From Kofleriaceae bacterium (GTDB taxonomy: Bacteria > Myxococcota_A > Polyangia > Haliangiales > Haliangiaceae), in contig CBDCCZ010000043.1 of the NCBI GenBank assembly GCA_965215005.1, positions 1 through 64,000 on the forward strand: a stretch of DNA of 64,000 nt, written 5' to 3'. Under the pieces are notes generated by a model, which worked only from the letters and a program-made list of their open reading frames with translations, was not told the DNA's origin and made no database searches. Of this stretch, positions 10,338 to 22,371 are shown one piece after another. The stretch's first letter is position 1. Each line of letters starts with the position of its first letter. The translations under genes and the position numbers were made by a program.

Positions 10338-12569
10338 ATGACGACCGCAGACCGCTCCGCTCAGGCGCGGTTCGGCACGTTCGGCGGCGTATTTACGCCC
10401 TGCGTGCTCACCATCCTGGGCGTCATCATGTTCATGCGCTCTGGCTACGTGGTCGGCAATGTCGGCCTGTTTCAGGCGCTCATCATCCTTGGCATCGCCA
10501 AGGCGATCACCACTCTGACCACGCTGTCGCTGTCTGCCATCGCGACCAACACCGAGGTTCGCACCGGCGGCGTCTACTACATGATCTCGCGAACGCTTGG
10601 GCCTGACTTCGGCGGCGCCATCGGCCTCACGCTGTTCGTCTCGCAAGCGATCTCCGTTGCGTTCTACGTCATCGGCTTCTCCGAAGCGCTGTTCGGGGTC
10701 ATAACCGCGGTCAATCCAGCGCTACAAGAAGCTGTCGACGCCTACTCCCTTGCCCAGCTGACCTCGACCGGCACGATCGTCCTGCTGTTCTTCGTCACGT
10801 TCAAAGGAGCCGACGCAGCGCTCCGCGCTCAGTACGTCATTCTCGCTGTGCTGCTGCTTTCGGTGATCTCGTTCGTCATCGGCGGCCTGCTGTCGTTTAG
10901 TCCCGCGCAGCTATCGCAGAACGCGGGCGGCAACGCCAACGACGTCGGCTTCTGGATGGCCTTTGCGATTTTCTTCCCCGCGGCTACGGGCATCACCGCC
11001 GGCGCCAACATGTCGGGCGATCTCAAGCGACCGGGGCGCTCGATCCCGCGCGGAACGTTGCTCGCCATCGCTTTCACCGGCGCGGTTTACGTGATTCAGC
11101 TCGTGCTCATGGCGGGCTACGCGCCGGCCAGCGACCTCATCGCCGGCCCCTTCGAGACGCTCGAGCGCATGAGCCTGTGGGGCCCGCTGGTCATCGCCGG
11201 CGTGTTTGCCGCGACCCTCTCCTCCGCACTTGGTAGCTTCCTCGGCGCCCCGCGCATCTTGCAAGCGATGGGCAAGGATCGCCTATTGCGCCCACTGGAG
11301 TACTTTGGGGTCGGTCATGGCAGCGCCGACGAGCCACGCCGCGCCACCGTCCTCACCTTGGCCATCGCCGCGGCCATCGTCTGGGCCGGCGACCTCAACG
11401 CCGTGGCGCAAGTGATCTCGATGTTCTTTCTCATCGCCTACGGGATGATCAACCTCTCGGCCTTCGTCGAAGGGCGCGGCGGCAATCCCAGCTTTCGGCC
11501 CCAGTTCAAGCTGTTTGGCTGGCCCTCCGCGCTCGCCGGCAGCATCGGTTGTGGCGTGGCGATGTTCAAGATCGATCAGAACTACGCGCTGGTCTCCATG
11601 GGCATCGCGGCGGGGCTGTATTTCTGGCTTCGCGGGCGGACCAGCGGCGACTGGGGCGATGCCAAGCGCGGCTACATCTTCTCGCGCACGCGCAAAAACC
11701 TGCTCTTGCTCGAGACCATGACACCCGATCCAAAGAATTGGCGCCCGGCGCTCGCAGTGCTCACCGAAGACGCCGAGCGCGACCGCCAGCTCATTCAGTG
11801 CGCCTCCTGGATCGAAAACAAGCGCGGCCTGTTATCGATTCTCGAGCTCCGCTCGGAGCCACAATCTCAGCTCGCCGAGCGCATGCAGCTGCGCGCGCGC
11901 CGCATGCAGCAAATCCATGAGCAGCTGCGCGCTCGCGGTATCGTGGCGCTGGCCGATTCGGTGGTGGTTGAAGACGCGGTGGCCCGACTCGACCCCATCT
12001 TCCAGGCCTACTCGATCGGCAGCTTGCGGCCCAACACCGTCATGCTCAGCGTGCCACCGCCCTCGCAGACCCGACGCCGCGCGCGGATCGCGCGAATGCT
12101 CCGCACGCTGGCCGACTTTGGCGTCAACATGGTGATCTACAAGGGCGCGCGCGTCGATCACCGCGACACTAAGAAACGCATCGACGTGTGGTGGCACGGG
12201 CAGCGCAACGGCTCGCTGTTGGCGCTGTTTGCTTATTTGGCAAACACCCACCCGGACTGGAAGAATGCCCGCATTCGCATGCTTCGAGTGGTGGCGACCG
12301 CCGCGGAGCATCTCGAGGCCGAGCAGAGTCTGACTGAGATGATGGCCGCAGCACGCCTGGCGGTGGACATCGACATCATCCACTCGCCAAAGCCGATTTC
12401 CGAGCTCATCGCCGAACTGTCGGGCAGTGCCGACCTGGTGTTGCTCGGTCTCGATCAGCGCAGCGTCCTGGACTTTGACAAGTTCTTAGCCGAGCGCGAC
12501 GACCTGCTCGCGCGATTGCCGCCAACGTTGCTAGTACTTTCGAACGGCGAAGCAGACCTAATGGCATAG
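10338..12569 (+). CDS. Cation-chloride cotransporter (SLC12/APC superfamily)
   Basis: FGTFGGVFTPCVLTILGVIMFMR, GGVYYMISRTLGPDFGGAIG, FFPAATGITAGANMSGDLK, KNWRP and IDVWW are SLC12 hallmarks. Confidence 0.88.
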   Translation: MTTADRSAQARFGTFGGVFTPCVLTILGVIMFMRSGYVVGNVGLFQALIILGIAKAITTLTTLSLSAIATNTEVRTGGVYYMISRTLGPDFGGAIGLTLFVSQAISVAFYVIGFSEALFGVITAVNPALQEAVDAYSLAQLTSTGTIVLLFFVTFKGADAALRAQYVILAVLLLSVISFVIGGLLSFSPAQLSQNAGGNANDVGFWMAFAIFFPAATGITAGANMSGDLKRPGRSIPRGTLLAIAFTGAVYVIQLVLMAGYAPASDLIAGPFETLERMSLWGPLVIAGVFAATLSSALGSFLGAPRILQAMGKDRLLRPLEYFGVGHGSADEPRRATVLTLAIAAAIVWAGDLNAVAQVISMFFLIAYGMINLSAFVEGRGGNPSFRPQFKLFGWPSALAGSIGCGVAMFKIDQNYALVSMGIAAGLYFWLRGRTSGDWGDAKRGYIFSRTRKNLLLLETMTPDPKNWRPALAVLTEDAERDRQLIQCASWIENKRGLLSILELRSEPQSQLAERMQLRARRMQQIHEQLRARGIVALADSVVVEDAVARLDPIFQAYSIGSLRPNTVMLSVPPPSQTRRRARIARMLRTLADFGVNMVIYKGARVDHRDTKKRIDVWWHGQRNGSLLALFAYLANTHPDWKNARIRMLRVVATAAEHLEAEQSLTEMMAAARLAVDIDIIHSPKPISELIAELSGSADLVLLGLDQRSVLDFDKFLAERDDLLARLPPTLLVLSNGEADLMA

Positions 12570-12575
12570 CGCGCT

Positions 12576-12617
12576 TTGCTTTGCTAGCGGGTTGCCGACT
12601 TACGCCGCAAGCAGCTA
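12576..12617. repeat. REP-like palindromic repeat, copy 1 (degenerate)
   Basis: TTGCTTTGCTAGCGGGTTGCCGACTTACGCCGCAAGCAGCTA matches the copies at 28308-28350 and 28371-28400. Lies between convergent stop codons. Confidence 0.75.
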
Positions 12618-15600
12618 TTCGCGTGGCTCCTTGGGAGTCGAGCTGCTGATCGCCTCGGCTCTGGGCAAGTCGCCGTGGCCGCCGCGCCGGTGCCGGTTAG
12701 ATTCCCCACCGCGGCTTGGGCCCGCGTAGCGCCAGGTATGCACGATGGCGCGTTTCGCATCATCGAGGATGACGTAAAGCGAGGGCACTAGCAGCAGCGT
12801 GAAGCCGGTCGCGAAGAGCACACCAAATCCGAGACTGATCGCCATCGGGATGAGGAACCGCGCCTGCACCGAGGTCTCGAGGATCATTGGCGCTAGTCCA
12901 AAGAACGTGGTGAGCGAGGTCAGCAAGATGGCACGGAAGCGCAAAGCTCCTGCCGCCACCGCCGCTTCGACGGGCGACTTATCCTCCTGGCGTAAGCGAT
13001 TGATCGCGACGACGAGGATCAACGAATCGTTGACCACCACGCCCGATAGCGCCACCACTCCCATCAGCGACATCATGCTCAGGTCATAGCCCATGAGTAG
13101 ATGGCCGAAGACAGCGCCGACGATGCCGAAAGGAATCACCGTGATGATGATGAACGGCTGGATATAGCTGCGGAAGGCGACCGCGAGCAGTGCGACGATC
13201 GCGATGACCGCCATTCCAAAGCCGACGAACAGACTCGTGTTGGTCTCGCGGGTCTGCTCCTGCTCGCCGCCAACTTGATAGGTCACTCCAGGATACTTGC
13301 CGAGAAGCTCGGGCAAGAGCTCTTTGGCGATGCGCCGATTGACCTCGGTGGCGTTGGCCGCTGCTTGGTCCACCTCGGCCGTAACCGTGACGGCGCGGCG
13401 GCCATCGATACGACGAATGTCAGTGTACGACTGGCCGCGCTCGATGCTGGCCGCCTGCGCGAGCGGCAGCTCACCACCACCCGGCGTGCGAATGATCAGC
13501 TCCTCGATGTCGTATTCGGAGCCGCGCTCTTCCTTCGGCAACCGAACGTACACCCGCAGCTCGTCCCGTCCCCGTTGTTGGCGCGCCGCTTCCGCCCCGA
13601 AGAATGAATTGCGCACCTGCCTCGCGAGCTCGAGCTCAGTGAGGCCGAGGCTCCGCGCCTGCTCGGTGACCGCGAGATTGAGCTGCTCTTTGCCGCTTGC
13701 AAGCCCGTCATCGATATCCAGGACACCAGCGTAGTCTGCGATGCGTCGGGCAAACTCTTCGGAGACCGCGGCAAGAACCGTCATGTCGCGATGATTGAAC
13801 TGATACTCGATGGCGCTTCCAGAAGGCGGTCCGGTGTCGATCTGCGCGCGGAAACTATCGAGGCCAGGAAATTCATCGCGCAAATGATCGTTGAACGCCT
13901 TGGCGAGCTCCGCCAAGCGAAGGGTTCGATCGCCTGAGGGCACCAAGTAGATCATGACCTCGGCGATGTGGCTGCCGCCGCCATACGCCGAGGAAGGATC
14001 CATGCCTTGATTGGTCGTTGCACCAACTTGCGAGAAGACCCCGCGAACGTTTTTGTCGCGACCGCCGTGCGCAGCGATAACCTCATCGGCAATTTCTAGC
14101 ATTCGCTGCTCGAGCCGACGTGTAACGTCCGCCGAAGTTCCATAAGGCAGCTCAGCAACTGCAGTGATGACATCTGCTTCCACTTTGGGAAATTGTGTGA
14201 AGCGAACGTGTCCGCCGCCCACCAGCCCGCAGGTGCTCAGTAGCAGGGCGAGGCAGAGCGATGCTGTGAGATAACGACGAGAGATCGCCCGCGTCGCAAC
14301 CGGCACGTAGAATCGCTGAATCATGCGCTCGAAAAAGTGACTGAAGCGCTCCTGTTGCCGATCTACATGCCCAAACACGCCGCGACGGCTGCTTTTCTTG
14401 GAGTGAGCCAGGTGAGCGGGCAAAATCAGCAGCGATTCGACGAGCGAGATGCAGAGCACCGTGATCACCGCAATGGGAATGACGCGGAAGAACTTACCCA
14501 TGACGCCTGGAACGAACATCAGCGGCGTGTAGGCAATCATCGTCGTAAGCACCGCGAATATCACCGGCGCCGCAACTTCTTTGACGCCCTGGATCGCCGC
14601 TTCCACCCGTCCCGCGCCGAGCTGGCGGCGTCGGTAGACTGCCTCGCCGACGATGATGGCATCGTCCACCACCATGCCGAGCACGATGATGAAAGCAAAC
14701 AACGAGATCATGTTGATCGACACGTCCGTGCTCGGCAGGATCAACATCGAGCCGATGAACGAGATGGGAATGCCGAGCGTCACCCAGAACGCCAGCTTGA
14801 CCTCGAGGAACAAGCCTAGAATCAGCAGCACCAAGACGAAGCCCATGAGCGCGTTTCGGATCAGTAGATCGAGGCGTTCGGCATAGAACTCACTGGTATC
14901 GAACCAGGTGGCCAGCTCGATGCCTGGCGGCGCACTCGCACGCGACTTGCCGACGTGCTCCTTGACTGCCGCGGAGATCTCTAGTGGCTTCTGATCGCCC
15001 ACCCGAAACACGCTGAGCATGATCGCTGGCTTGCCGAGATACAGCGCTCGCTGATCGTTGTCAGCAAACCCGTCTTTGACCTCGGCGAGCTCACCTAGGC
15101 GAACCCGCGTGCCATCAGGCCGACTGACCACAACGATGTCTTCAAAGTCGATGCCGCGCTCACGACGCTGGGCAGTTCGCAGCAGCACCTCTCCCTTGGG
15201 AGTCTTTACGCCACCGCCGGGAAGCTCCACGGACGAGGCCCGAATGCCATTTGCGACCTGCTCGAGCGTCAGCCCGTACTCGCGCAAGTGCCGCTGCGGA
15301 ACCTCGACACTGATCTCTAGCGGCCGCGCGCCCTTCAGCTCGACCACTGTGATGCGAGGGTCGGCCAACAGCTCATCGCGCATCTTCTCGGCGTAGGCCT
15401 TTAGCGACGCCTCGTCCTGATCCCCGTAGACCACAAGCGAGATGACCTGATTGCGCAGCTTTGCGAGCGAGATGACCGGCCGCTCGATGTTCTCGGGAAA
15501 CGAGGTGATGCGATCCATCGCCGACTTCACGTCGCTCAGCGCCTGGTCGGCGTCGGTGCCGAGCAATAGCTCGACCACCACCACCGCCATTCCCTCGAGC

Positions 15601-15902
15601 GCGGTAGCACGCACCTTCTTGATCCCGTCGAGCCCCCGCACCGCCTCCTCAGCGGCCAAAAGCACCCCCTGCTCCACTTCCGCCGGACTCGCGCCCGGGT
15701 AAGGAACGTTGATGATGATTTGATCGATGTCGAACTCGGGAAACACTTCTTGCTTGACGGTGCAGCTCTTGAGCCCGCCACCGATGAGAAGCACCAACAT
15801 CAGGATGTTGGCAGCTACCGAGTTCTTGGCCATCCAGGCCAAGGCACCACCGCGGCCCTTGCGATCGTCGTCTTCCGACTCGCTCAAGAAATTGTCACTC
15901 AT
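12615..15902 (-). CDS. RND efflux transporter permease subunit (AcrB/AcrD/AcrF family)
   Basis: 1095 aa. [19 protein letters not shown] and [12 protein letters not shown]. Confidence 0.95.
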   Translation of the reverse strand: MSDNFLSESEDDDRKGRGGALAWMAKNSVAANILMLVLLIGGGLKSCTVKQEVFPEFDIDQIIINVPYPGASPAEVEQGVLLAAEEAVRGLDGIKKVRATALEGMAVVVVELLLGTDADQALSDVKSAMDRITSFPENIERPVISLAKLRNQVISLVVYGDQDEASLKAYAEKMRDELLADPRITVVELKGARPLEISVEVPQRHLREYGLTLEQVANGIRASSVELPGGGVKTPKGEVLLRTAQRRERGIDFEDIVVVSRPDGTRVRLGELAEVKDGFADNDQRALYLGKPAIMLSVFRVGDQKPLEISAAVKEHVGKSRASAPPGIELATWFDTSEFYAERLDLLIRNALMGFVLVLLILGLFLEVKLAFWVTLGIPISFIGSMLILPSTDVSINMISLFAFIIVLGMVVDDAIIVGEAVYRRRQLGAGRVEAAIQGVKEVAAPVIFAVLTTMIAYTPLMFVPGVMGKFFRVIPIAVITVLCISLVESLLILPAHLAHSKKSSRRGVFGHVDRQQERFSHFFERMIQRFYVPVATRAISRRYLTASLCLALLLSTCGLVGGGHVRFTQFPKVEADVITAVAELPYGTSADVTRRLEQRMLEIADEVIAAHGGRDKNVRGVFSQVGATTNQGMDPSSAYGGGSHIAEVMIYLVPSGDRTLRLAELAKAFNDHLRDEFPGLDSFRAQIDTGPPSGSAIEYQFNHRDMTVLAAVSEEFARRIADYAGVLDIDDGLASGKEQLNLAVTEQARSLGLTELELARQVRNSFFGAEAARQQRGRDELRVYVRLPKEERGSEYDIEELIIRTPGGGELPLAQAASIERGQSYTDIRRIDGRRAVTVTAEVDQAAANATEVNRRIAKELLPELLGKYPGVTYQVGGEQEQTRETNTSLFVGFGMAVIAIVALLAVAFRSYIQPFIIITVIPFGIVGAVFGHLLMGYDLSMMSLMGVVALSGVVVNDSLILVVAINRLRQEDKSPVEAAVAAGALRFRAILLTSLTTFFGLAPMILETSVQARFLIPMAISLGFGVLFATGFTLLLVPSLYVILDDAKRAIVHTWRYAGPSRGGESNRHRRGGHGDLPRAEAISSSTPKEPRE

Positions 15903-17121
15903 GTGCCGCTCCGCTGGTCTTACTCGCCGCGGCGGCGGGTGGCGACTCGGCCGCTACCGTGTCTGCCGTGCGCAGCTTCATTCCTTCCACGGCGACCGGT
16001 AGCGGCGACACGATGACCTTATCGCCTTGGCCAATTCCGTTGCGAACCAGCACGTCGTCGGCCTCGCGCCACACCACCTCGACGGAACGAACCTCGAGCG
16101 TTTGCTTTGCGCCTAGCACATAGACCTTGTTGCCCTCGCGCAGCGCCAAGCGCGGCAATCGGACCACCTCGGCAGTGTCATGGCCTTCGATGACCACATC
16201 TACATAGGCACCAAGGAGCAACGGCAGACCGCGCTCCTCTGCGGCCGCGAGTCCAAGAGGATCGCGAATCTCGACGAGAAGTCGCGCCATACGCCCCACA
16301 GGGTCGAGCTCGCCAAGCAGTCGCTTTACTCGTCCTCGCCGCTCGATGAGCTCACGACCCAGGCGTTGCTGCACCACCACCTCCGCGCCCTCACCAGGCG
16401 ATGCGCCGACCCCGGGCACGTCGATCCAGCTCAACCGATCGACAGGAATCGAGACCTGCACCCAAAACGCATCGGTGCCGACCAGCGTCGCCAGCGAAAC
16501 CTGCGGCCCCACCAGTTGGCCAACATCGACTTGCTTTTGCTGCACCAGCGCATTGAATGGCGCCCGCAGCACCGTCTTTGAAACCGCCAGCTCCGCCTGC
16601 TTGACGCCACTCTGCGCGGCTTTTAGCGCCGCTTCTGCGGTCTTGAGCTGGGGGTCACGCAACGCGAGCGATCCATCGGCTGGCGCATCGCTCTCGCCGA
16701 GCAGCTCCCACTCTCGCTCGGCTACTTTCTTACGGCTCTGCTCGAGGCGCAGCTCGGTGTGCACTCTATCGACTTGTGCCGCTTGCTGCTCGAGCGCGAG
16801 CTGATAGTCGCGCGGGTCGATGCGGAGCAGCATTTCGCCCTTTTTAACGGTGCCGCCGGGAATGAGCTCGCGACTCACCGACACCACGCGACCGCCCACC
16901 TCCGACACCAACGAGATTTGTTGCGCAGCGATAACGGTGCCGCTTGCGCGTACGCTCACGGGCTGCCGCGACACCTCGGCCGCGACGACCTCGACCATCG
17001 CCCCAGGGGTTGGCCGTGCAACCTTTTCTGCTTCGGGCTTGGCCGCGAGGAGAACGCGCATCAAGCCGAAGCCCGCGGCGATGATGACAATCGGGATGAG
17101 AATGCGCAGAAACAACTTCAT
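15895..17121 (-). CDS. RND periplasmic adaptor (membrane fusion protein)
   Basis: N-terminal TM segment, SEVGGRV, lipoyl/hairpin region, LRAPF. ATG at 17121 overlaps the upstream stop (ATGA). Confidence 0.92.
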   Translation of the reverse strand: MKLFLRILIPIVIIAAGFGLMRVLLAAKPEAEKVARPTPGAMVEVVAAEVSRQPVSVRASGTVIAAQQISLVSEVGGRVVSVSRELIPGGTVKKGEMLLRIDPRDYQLALEQQAAQVDRVHTELRLEQSRKKVAEREWELLGESDAPADGSLALRDPQLKTAEAALKAAQSGVKQAELAVSKTVLRAPFNALVQQKQVDVGQLVGPQVSLATLVGTDAFWVQVSIPVDRLSWIDVPGVGASPGEGAEVVVQQRLGRELIERRGRVKRLLGELDPVGRMARLLVEIRDPLGLAAAEERGLPLLLGAYVDVVIEGHDTAEVVRLPRLALREGNKVYVLGAKQTLEVRSVEVVWREADDVLVRNGIGQGDKVIVSPLPVAVEGMKLRTADTVAAESPPAAAASKTSGAAHE

Positions 17122-18533
17122 GTTGAGGAACCTCCGCGTTTCGCAGCGCTGAGCTGTCGCGTCCAGGTGCCGCCGAGCGCGCGGCAAAGCTGCACTCGAT
17201 ACGAAAGGAGCTGCCGTTGTGCCTGCAGCAGCGCCAGCTCGGCTTGTTGTTGGGCTTGCAGAGCCGACAGCACGGGCAGGTAATCGATGAGGCCCTGACG
17301 ATAACGCCCCCGCGCTTCACGCAAGGTCGACTCGAGAATTGCGAGCCGTGCCTCGAGCTCGCTCAAGTATGCAAGCTGTTGCCGCTCCTGCACCAACGCG
17401 TTCTCGACCTCGACGATGGCGCGCAGCAGCGTCTGGCCATACGTCATGAGCCGCTCGTCGACCACCGCCTCCGAGCGATCGACCTCGGCGGCGCGCCGGC
17501 CGCCGTCGAATAGTGGCGCGAAGATCGAGCTCACCACGCTCCATAGCGGGGTCGCGATGATCTCGCCGAGCTCACGGGACTGCAAGCTGAGACTGCCGCT
17601 TAGCCGCAGACCCGGCAGACGATCGGCAACGGCCACGGCCACTCGATAATCAGCGGCAACCACTTGCCGCATCGCCGCACGAACATCCGGCCGGCGGCCG
17701 ACGAGATCCGCCGGCAGCCCGGTAGCGGGCAACGCTGGCAGCGTTGGCAACGCATCGGGCGCACTGAGCTCGAGCCCCGCCGGCGGCTTACCCACCAGGA
17801 CGGCGATGCGGTTCTGTTGCAGAACGATTGCGGCATCGATGAGCGTGAGGTTGGCGCGTGTGGCGATGGCCTGTTGTTGTTGCTGATAAACGTCGAGTGC
17901 TGAAGCCAATCCCTGCTGAAAGCGCAGCTTGACCAACTCGAGATAGGTATCGTTGAGCTCGATCTGTTGGCTGAGGAGGCGCTTTTGCGCCTTTTGCGAC
18001 ACCAGGTCGAGCCACGCTTCGGTGACCTCAGCGGTGAGAGTCATCGCCAGCGCCTCTGCATTGTCGCGCGCCGCCAGCGCATCGAAGGCGGCCGCATTGG
18101 ATTGGTTTGCGATGCGACGCCAGACATCCACTTCGTAAGCAGCGCTGGCCGAGACCGTGAACGTATCAACGGTGGGGGTGAAGACGGTATCGCCGAGGTC
18201 GAAGCGATTCTTCTGCCGTGCCGCCGACGCTTGCAGATCCACGCTCGGCCATCTTGCTGCTCCTTGCTGCGTCGCAAGGAACCTCGCTTGCCGCACCCGC
18301 GCCCACGCCGCTCGCAGCTCGAGATTCTTCGCCAGCGTTTGCGCGACCAAGTTATCGAGCTGTGGCGCGCCAAACCCACGCCACCATTGCTCGGGCAAGG
18401 GGCGTTGGTCGACCGCAGCGATGCCGTACGCAGCCGGCGTTGCAATCGGTGGCGCCGGCGTTCGATTTACCGCATGCGGTGAGCATGCGCCGAGCATGGC
18501 GATCACGCTCGCAGCGCACCCGAGCCGGGTCAT
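17118..18533 (-). CDS. Efflux outer membrane factor lipoprotein (NodT/OprM type)
   Basis: Lipobox [23 protein letters not shown] and ALGG. Confidence 0.93.
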   Translation of the reverse strand: MTRLGCAASVIAMLGACSPHAVNRTPAPPIATPAAYGIAAVDQRPLPEQWWRGFGAPQLDNLVAQTLAKNLELRAAWARVRQARFLATQQGAARWPSVDLQASAARQKNRFDLGDTVFTPTVDTFTVSASAAYEVDVWRRIANQSNAAAFDALAARDNAEALAMTLTAEVTEAWLDLVSQKAQKRLLSQQIELNDTYLELVKLRFQQGLASALDVYQQQQQAIATRANLTLIDAAIVLQQNRIAVLVGKPPAGLELSAPDALPTLPALPATGLPADLVGRRPDVRAAMRQVVAADYRVAVAVADRLPGLRLSGSLSLQSRELGEIIATPLWSVVSSIFAPLFDGGRRAAEVDRSEAVVDERLMTYGQTLLRAIVEVENALVQERQQLAYLSELEARLAILESTLREARGRYRQGLIDYLPVLSALQAQQQAELALLQAQRQLLSYRVQLCRALGGTWTRQLSAAKRGGSST

Positions 18534-19192
18534 CGTGAGGTCTCCGGCGTCGGAGCGCAGAACCCATGCAAGATCATCGCGATGAAGCCCTCGATGAGAG
18601 CCTGAGAATCGACGGGGCTCGGAAACCGGCGGCTCATCTCCTCGGCATTCATGCGAATCAGCAGAGTCCCGATCATTGCCGCCCAGAGCTGCGCTGACGC
18701 CTGCACGGCATCGAGCTCGGGACGCAAGCTGCCCTCGTTCTTGCCGCGCTCGAGCAGCGACTCCACAGCGCCGGTGATGCGACGAATGTGGCCGCGGTGC
18801 TCATCGAAGCCGGCACCGGCGCAATCGAGAGGCACGCCGCTCACCAGGCTACCGATGGCGAGCAGAAAGTGCTGGGGATGCGACTCCACGAACTGCGCGT
18901 ACGCCGCGATTAACGCCGCAAGCACGACCGGAGCAGGATCTCGGCTGCCTTTGACGATGCGCTCGAAGTCATCGGCCACCGTAGCGACTGCTCGCGAGGC
19001 CACGCCAATGAACAGCTCATCCTTGCTCGGGAAATAGAGATACAGGGTGCCTTTGCTGAGCTCCGCTGCTGCGGCAACTTCGTCCATGGTCGCTGCAGCA
19101 AAGCCTTTGCTAAAGAACACCGATTCGGCGGCATCGAGGATGCTCGAGCGCCGCTCTTGCCGCTCTCGCTGGCGTCTGCTGAGTATGCCCAT
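18530..19192 (-). CDS. TetR/AcrR family transcriptional regulator
   Basis: [12 protein letters not shown]...[11 protein letters not shown]...[15 protein letters not shown]. Likely start is ATG 19192; first gene of the overlapping efflux operon. Confidence 0.93.
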   Translation of the reverse strand: MGILSRRQRERQERRSSILDAAESVFFSKGFAAATMDEVAAAAELSKGTLYLYFPSKDELFIGVASRAVATVADDFERIVKGSRDPAPVVLAALIAAYAQFVESHPQHFLLAIGSLVSGVPLDCAGAGFDEHRGHIRRITGAVESLLERGKNEGSLRPELDAVQASAQLWAAMIGTLLIRMNAEEMSRRFPSPVDSQALIEGFIAMILHGFCAPTPETSR

Positions 19193-19210
19193 GTGCTCCG
19201 AGTCAGAGAA

Positions 19211-19223
19211 TGACCAGCGGTCA
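19211..19223. promoter_or_regulatory. Putative TetR operator
   Basis: Inverted repeat TGACC-agc-GGTCA 18 nt upstream of the tetR start codon. Confidence 0.55.
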
Positions 19224-19424
19224 GTAGTTGAGCTTAAGTAACACGTTCCCGAGGACTTGCGATTAGAAAGCGTTCCCGGCGCCCGCCGAAATGCCGCCCA
19301 CAACACCGCACCTCCGATGCCGGAGCCGCTTCGATGGTGGCGTCACGCGAGCGCTTTGCCCCGCGAAGCGCGGCAAGCCAGCTCGCCTCGTCGGACCGTT
19401 AGCCTCGCAAGGACTCGCGAATGC

Positions 19425-19856
19425 TTACACCACCGGCACTTGTCGCGGTGTTCCGACGAACGGCATCCCCATGGCCGAACGCCCGCCGCCGGCGCGCCAG
19501 CTGGCTTCCACCGGATAATGATAGACGCTGCCGACATCGCTCGCGACGATGCGGATGACCGTGCGCTCCCCCGGCTGCAACGGCGGCGCTGGCTCGACTC
19601 GGACCCCGCCGCCGCCGAGGTTGACGATCGATACCTCGTGCACCTGCCGCCCCACTGCAATGGTAGCGGCGAGTGCGACATCGACCCTTGCGTAGCGCCG
19701 TCTGCGCTCGTAGGACTCGTCGCCGGGCTCGGTGCCGAACAGCTTTGCGAGTGCGTCCAGCCGCATGGCGCCCGCCTCGCTCAAATCCATGGTGGCGAGA
19801 TCGCGACGCGCCAACAGCCGCCGATACTCATAAACGAGGTGGAGCAAATCGGGCAT
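19425..19856 (-). CDS. PilZ domain protein
   Basis: RRRYARVDV (RxxxR) and VNLGGGG (D/NxS/GxxG) motifs. Likely start is ATG 19856. Confidence 0.8.
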   Translation of the reverse strand: MPDLLHLVYEYRRLLARRDLATMDLSEAGAMRLDALAKLFGTEPGDESYERRRRYARVDVALAATIAVGRQVHEVSIVNLGGGGVRVEPAPPLQPGERTVIRIVASDVGSVYHYPVEASWRAGGGRSAMGMPFVGTPRQVPVV

Positions 19857-20151
19857 CCGCGGTGCTTCAATGCACGCCTCGGTCCATCCGCAACTAGCTG
19901 AAAATTCCACGCTTCGTTGAGGCTACCGCGGTGGCCAAGCACCTAGTGGGGGCCGAGCGCCCCCACCGGTCTGTGATCCACAGCGTGCGTCGTGAACACG
20001 CTAGAAAAGCAATTAGCGTCGGTAAGACACCGAAAGAAAGTCGCGAGCAGCGGTTAGCGACCGCGCTCGCGATCAAAACCGCCGACCCAGCAGCTCTCAT
20101 ACGATAGCGTACAGGTTGACATCCGTTGCCGCGCTATCGACTGTAGTCGAC

Positions 20152-20961
20152 GTGCATACCGCTGTCGTCACCGGGGCTGGTCGCGGCCTCGGCCGTGAAA
20201 TCGCCGTGGGCCTGGCCCGCAAAGGCTATCAGGTACTCGTCACGGACATCGACGAGGTGGCGGCTCGCCACACCGCGGTGACCATCGGCGGTCGCGCGAT
20301 GCGTCAAGATGTTCGCGAACCCGCCTCGCATCGCGAAATCGCACGAGCGGCGATGGAGCGCGGGCCGCTGCGCGTGTGGGTGAACAACGCCGGTGTGTTG
20401 GAAACCGGCGCGGCGTGGGAGCTCGACGAGGTGCAAGTGCGGCGGCACATCGACGTGAACGTTCTTGGCGTGATCTGGGGTGCGCGCGCTGCGGTCGAGG
20501 CCATGCGGCAGAGCGGTGGCCATATCATCAACATCGCCTCGATGTCTTCGCATGTGCCCGCTCCGGGGCTGGCGGTCTATGGCGCTACCAAGCACGCCGT
20601 GCTCGGATTTTCGACCTCGCTCGAAGGCGACTTGCGCGCCGCCAAGTTGCCGATTCGCGTCAGCGCGGTCTGTCCCGACGCGATCGACACCGATATGGTG
20701 CGCGAGGTCGCCGACAGTGGGGATGCTGATATATTGTTCTCCGCGGCTCATTTATTAACTGCGGAGCGAGTGGCCAAGGTGGTGGTCGAGCTCGTCGACC
20801 GACCACGCCTGGTGGTAAGCTTGCCGCTGTCGCGCGCCGCACTAGCGCACCTCATGCGGCCCTTCCCAGCGCTCGGACTGCGCCTCCTCGAGCCGTTTCG
20901 CAAGCTCGGCGAGCGCCACCGCAAGAGCGCGCTGCGGCGGCCCGGCTGGCGCTCGCGCTAG
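20152..20961 (+). CDS. Short-chain dehydrogenase/reductase
   Basis: TGAGRGLG, NNAG and YGATK. Start is GTG 20152 or TTG 20116. Confidence 0.92.
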   Translation: MHTAVVTGAGRGLGREIAVGLARKGYQVLVTDIDEVAARHTAVTIGGRAMRQDVREPASHREIARAAMERGPLRVWVNNAGVLETGAAWELDEVQVRRHIDVNVLGVIWGARAAVEAMRQSGGHIINIASMSSHVPAPGLAVYGATKHAVLGFSTSLEGDLRAAKLPIRVSAVCPDAIDTDMVREVADSGDADILFSAAHLLTAERVAKVVVELVDRPRLVVSLPLSRAALAHLMRPFPALGLRLLEPFRKLGERHRKSALRRPGWRSR

Positions 20962-20968
20962 GGTCGCG

Positions 20969-21499
20969 CTAGGGCCGGCGCCACAGCTCGATGCGATACG
21001 CGGTGCCTTCCTCCTGCGTCTCATCGAGCACGCGCTCGAGCTCGAACGCGTGCTCAAACGGGGGGAAGAACGTGTCGCACTGGAAGTCGCCAGCGATGCG
21101 CGTGTAGTAGATATTGCGGCACTCGGGCATCGCCACCGCCTGCTCATAGACGACGCCGCCGCCCACCACGAACAAGGTCTCGAGACGCAAAGCGGCGTTT
21201 GTTAGATGATTGAGCGCCTCCTGCAAACTCTGCGCGTGCAGTACCTCGGCATCCACCTCTAGGCTCGAGCGGCGGCTGAGGACGACATTGTAGCGATTTG
21301 GCAGCGGGCGAAACCGCGGGGTTATCGACTCCCAGGTCCGTCGCCCCATGATCACCGCGTTGCGCATGCCAGCGCCGTGCACCTCCGAGGTCGTACGCTT
21401 GAAATGCGCCAAATCGCCCGGCAAGTGCCACGGAAGCTGCCCATCACGCGCGATGCCTTGCGCCTCATCGGCGGCCACCACGATGTCAAAGTGACTCAA
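20969..21499 (-). CDS. folA: Dihydrofolate reductase
   Basis: [49 protein letters not shown] and CDTFFP. TTG at 21499 overlaps the thyA stop (TTGA). Confidence 0.92.
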   Translation of the reverse strand: MSHFDIVVAADEAQGIARDGQLPWHLPGDLAHFKRTTSEVHGAGMRNAVIMGRRTWESITPRFRPLPNRYNVVLSRRSSLEVDAEVLHAQSLQEALNHLTNAALRLETLFVVGGGVVYEQAVAMPECRNIYYTRIAGDFQCDTFFPPFEHAFELERVLDETQEEGTAYRIELWRRP

Positions 21500-22278
21500 A
21501 CTGCGACCTCGAACTTGATGAAGGGGTGATGGCGATAGTCGCGCAGCTCGATGTCCTCGAACGTGATTTCCGCAAGCGGCTTCTTCGCAACGTGCACGCG
21601 CGGCAGCGGCAGCGGCTCGCGTTCGAGCTGAGTCATGAGACCTTCGACGTGATTCAAGTAGATGTGCGCATCGCCCAAGGTGTGAATGAAGAAGCGCGGC
21701 CGGAGGTCGGCTTCCTGCGCCAACAGCGTCAGCAGCAGCGCATAGCTCGCGATGTTGAAAGGAACGCCGAGGGCCAAGTCGGCCGAGCGCTGATAGAGCT
21801 GCAGGTCGAGCTCGCCCTCGCTCGTGGCGTAGAGCTGAAACAGCGTGTGACACGGCGGCAGCGCCATACGAGGCACGTCCGTCGGGTTCCACGCGCTCAC
21901 CAAGTTGCGGCGCGAGGCCGGGTCGCGGCGAAGGAGCTCGAGCGATTGGCGAATTTGATCGATGCCTTGGCCGCCCCAGTTGCGCCATTGGTAACCGTAG
22001 ATCGGCCCCAGCTCGCCGTTCTCGTCGGCCCAAGCGTCCCAAATCGGCGTGTGCTGCGTAAGCTCATCGTTGATGTTGGTCGAGCCGCGAAGAAACCAGA
22101 GCAGCTCACGAACCACCGCCGAAAACAGCACCTTCTTGGTGGTGAGCAGCGGGAAGCCCTGACGCAGATCGTAGCGGACCTGAGCACCAAACATCGACAG
22201 GGTTCCGGTACCGGTGCGATCCGAGCGGCGCTCGCCGTGCTCGAGCACTTGTCTGATTAGGTCTAGATACGCTTTCAT
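21496..22278 (-). CDS. thyA: Thymidylate synthase
   Basis: [24 protein letters not shown] and [14 protein letters not shown]. Confidence 0.97.
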   Translation of the reverse strand: MKAYLDLIRQVLEHGERRSDRTGTGTLSMFGAQVRYDLRQGFPLLTTKKVLFSAVVRELLWFLRGSTNINDELTQHTPIWDAWADENGELGPIYGYQWRNWGGQGIDQIRQSLELLRRDPASRRNLVSAWNPTDVPRMALPPCHTLFQLYATSEGELDLQLYQRSADLALGVPFNIASYALLLTLLAQEADLRPRFFIHTLGDAHIYLNHVEGLMTQLEREPLPLPRVHVAKKPLAEITFEDIELRDYRHHPFIKFEVAV

Positions 22279-22323
22279 CGCCTGCCCGCGAAGGTATGCT
22301 GCGGCGGCGGCGTTTGCAAAAGC

Positions 22324-22358
22324 CAAGGGCCAATCCGGCAACGCCAGATCGGCCCTTG
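22324..22358 (-). terminator. Hairpin downstream of the spondin gene
   Basis: CAAGGGCC...GGCCCTTG outer stem with an imperfect inner stem, between the spondin stop and the thyA start. Confidence 0.45.
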
Positions 22359-22371
22359 CTGTTACGCGGTG

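Noticed and set aside
21500..22042. N-terminal half of the 357-aa ORF as a DHFR extension
   Set aside because: Arg/Ala-rich off-frame reading of thyA; DHFR homology begins at 21499.
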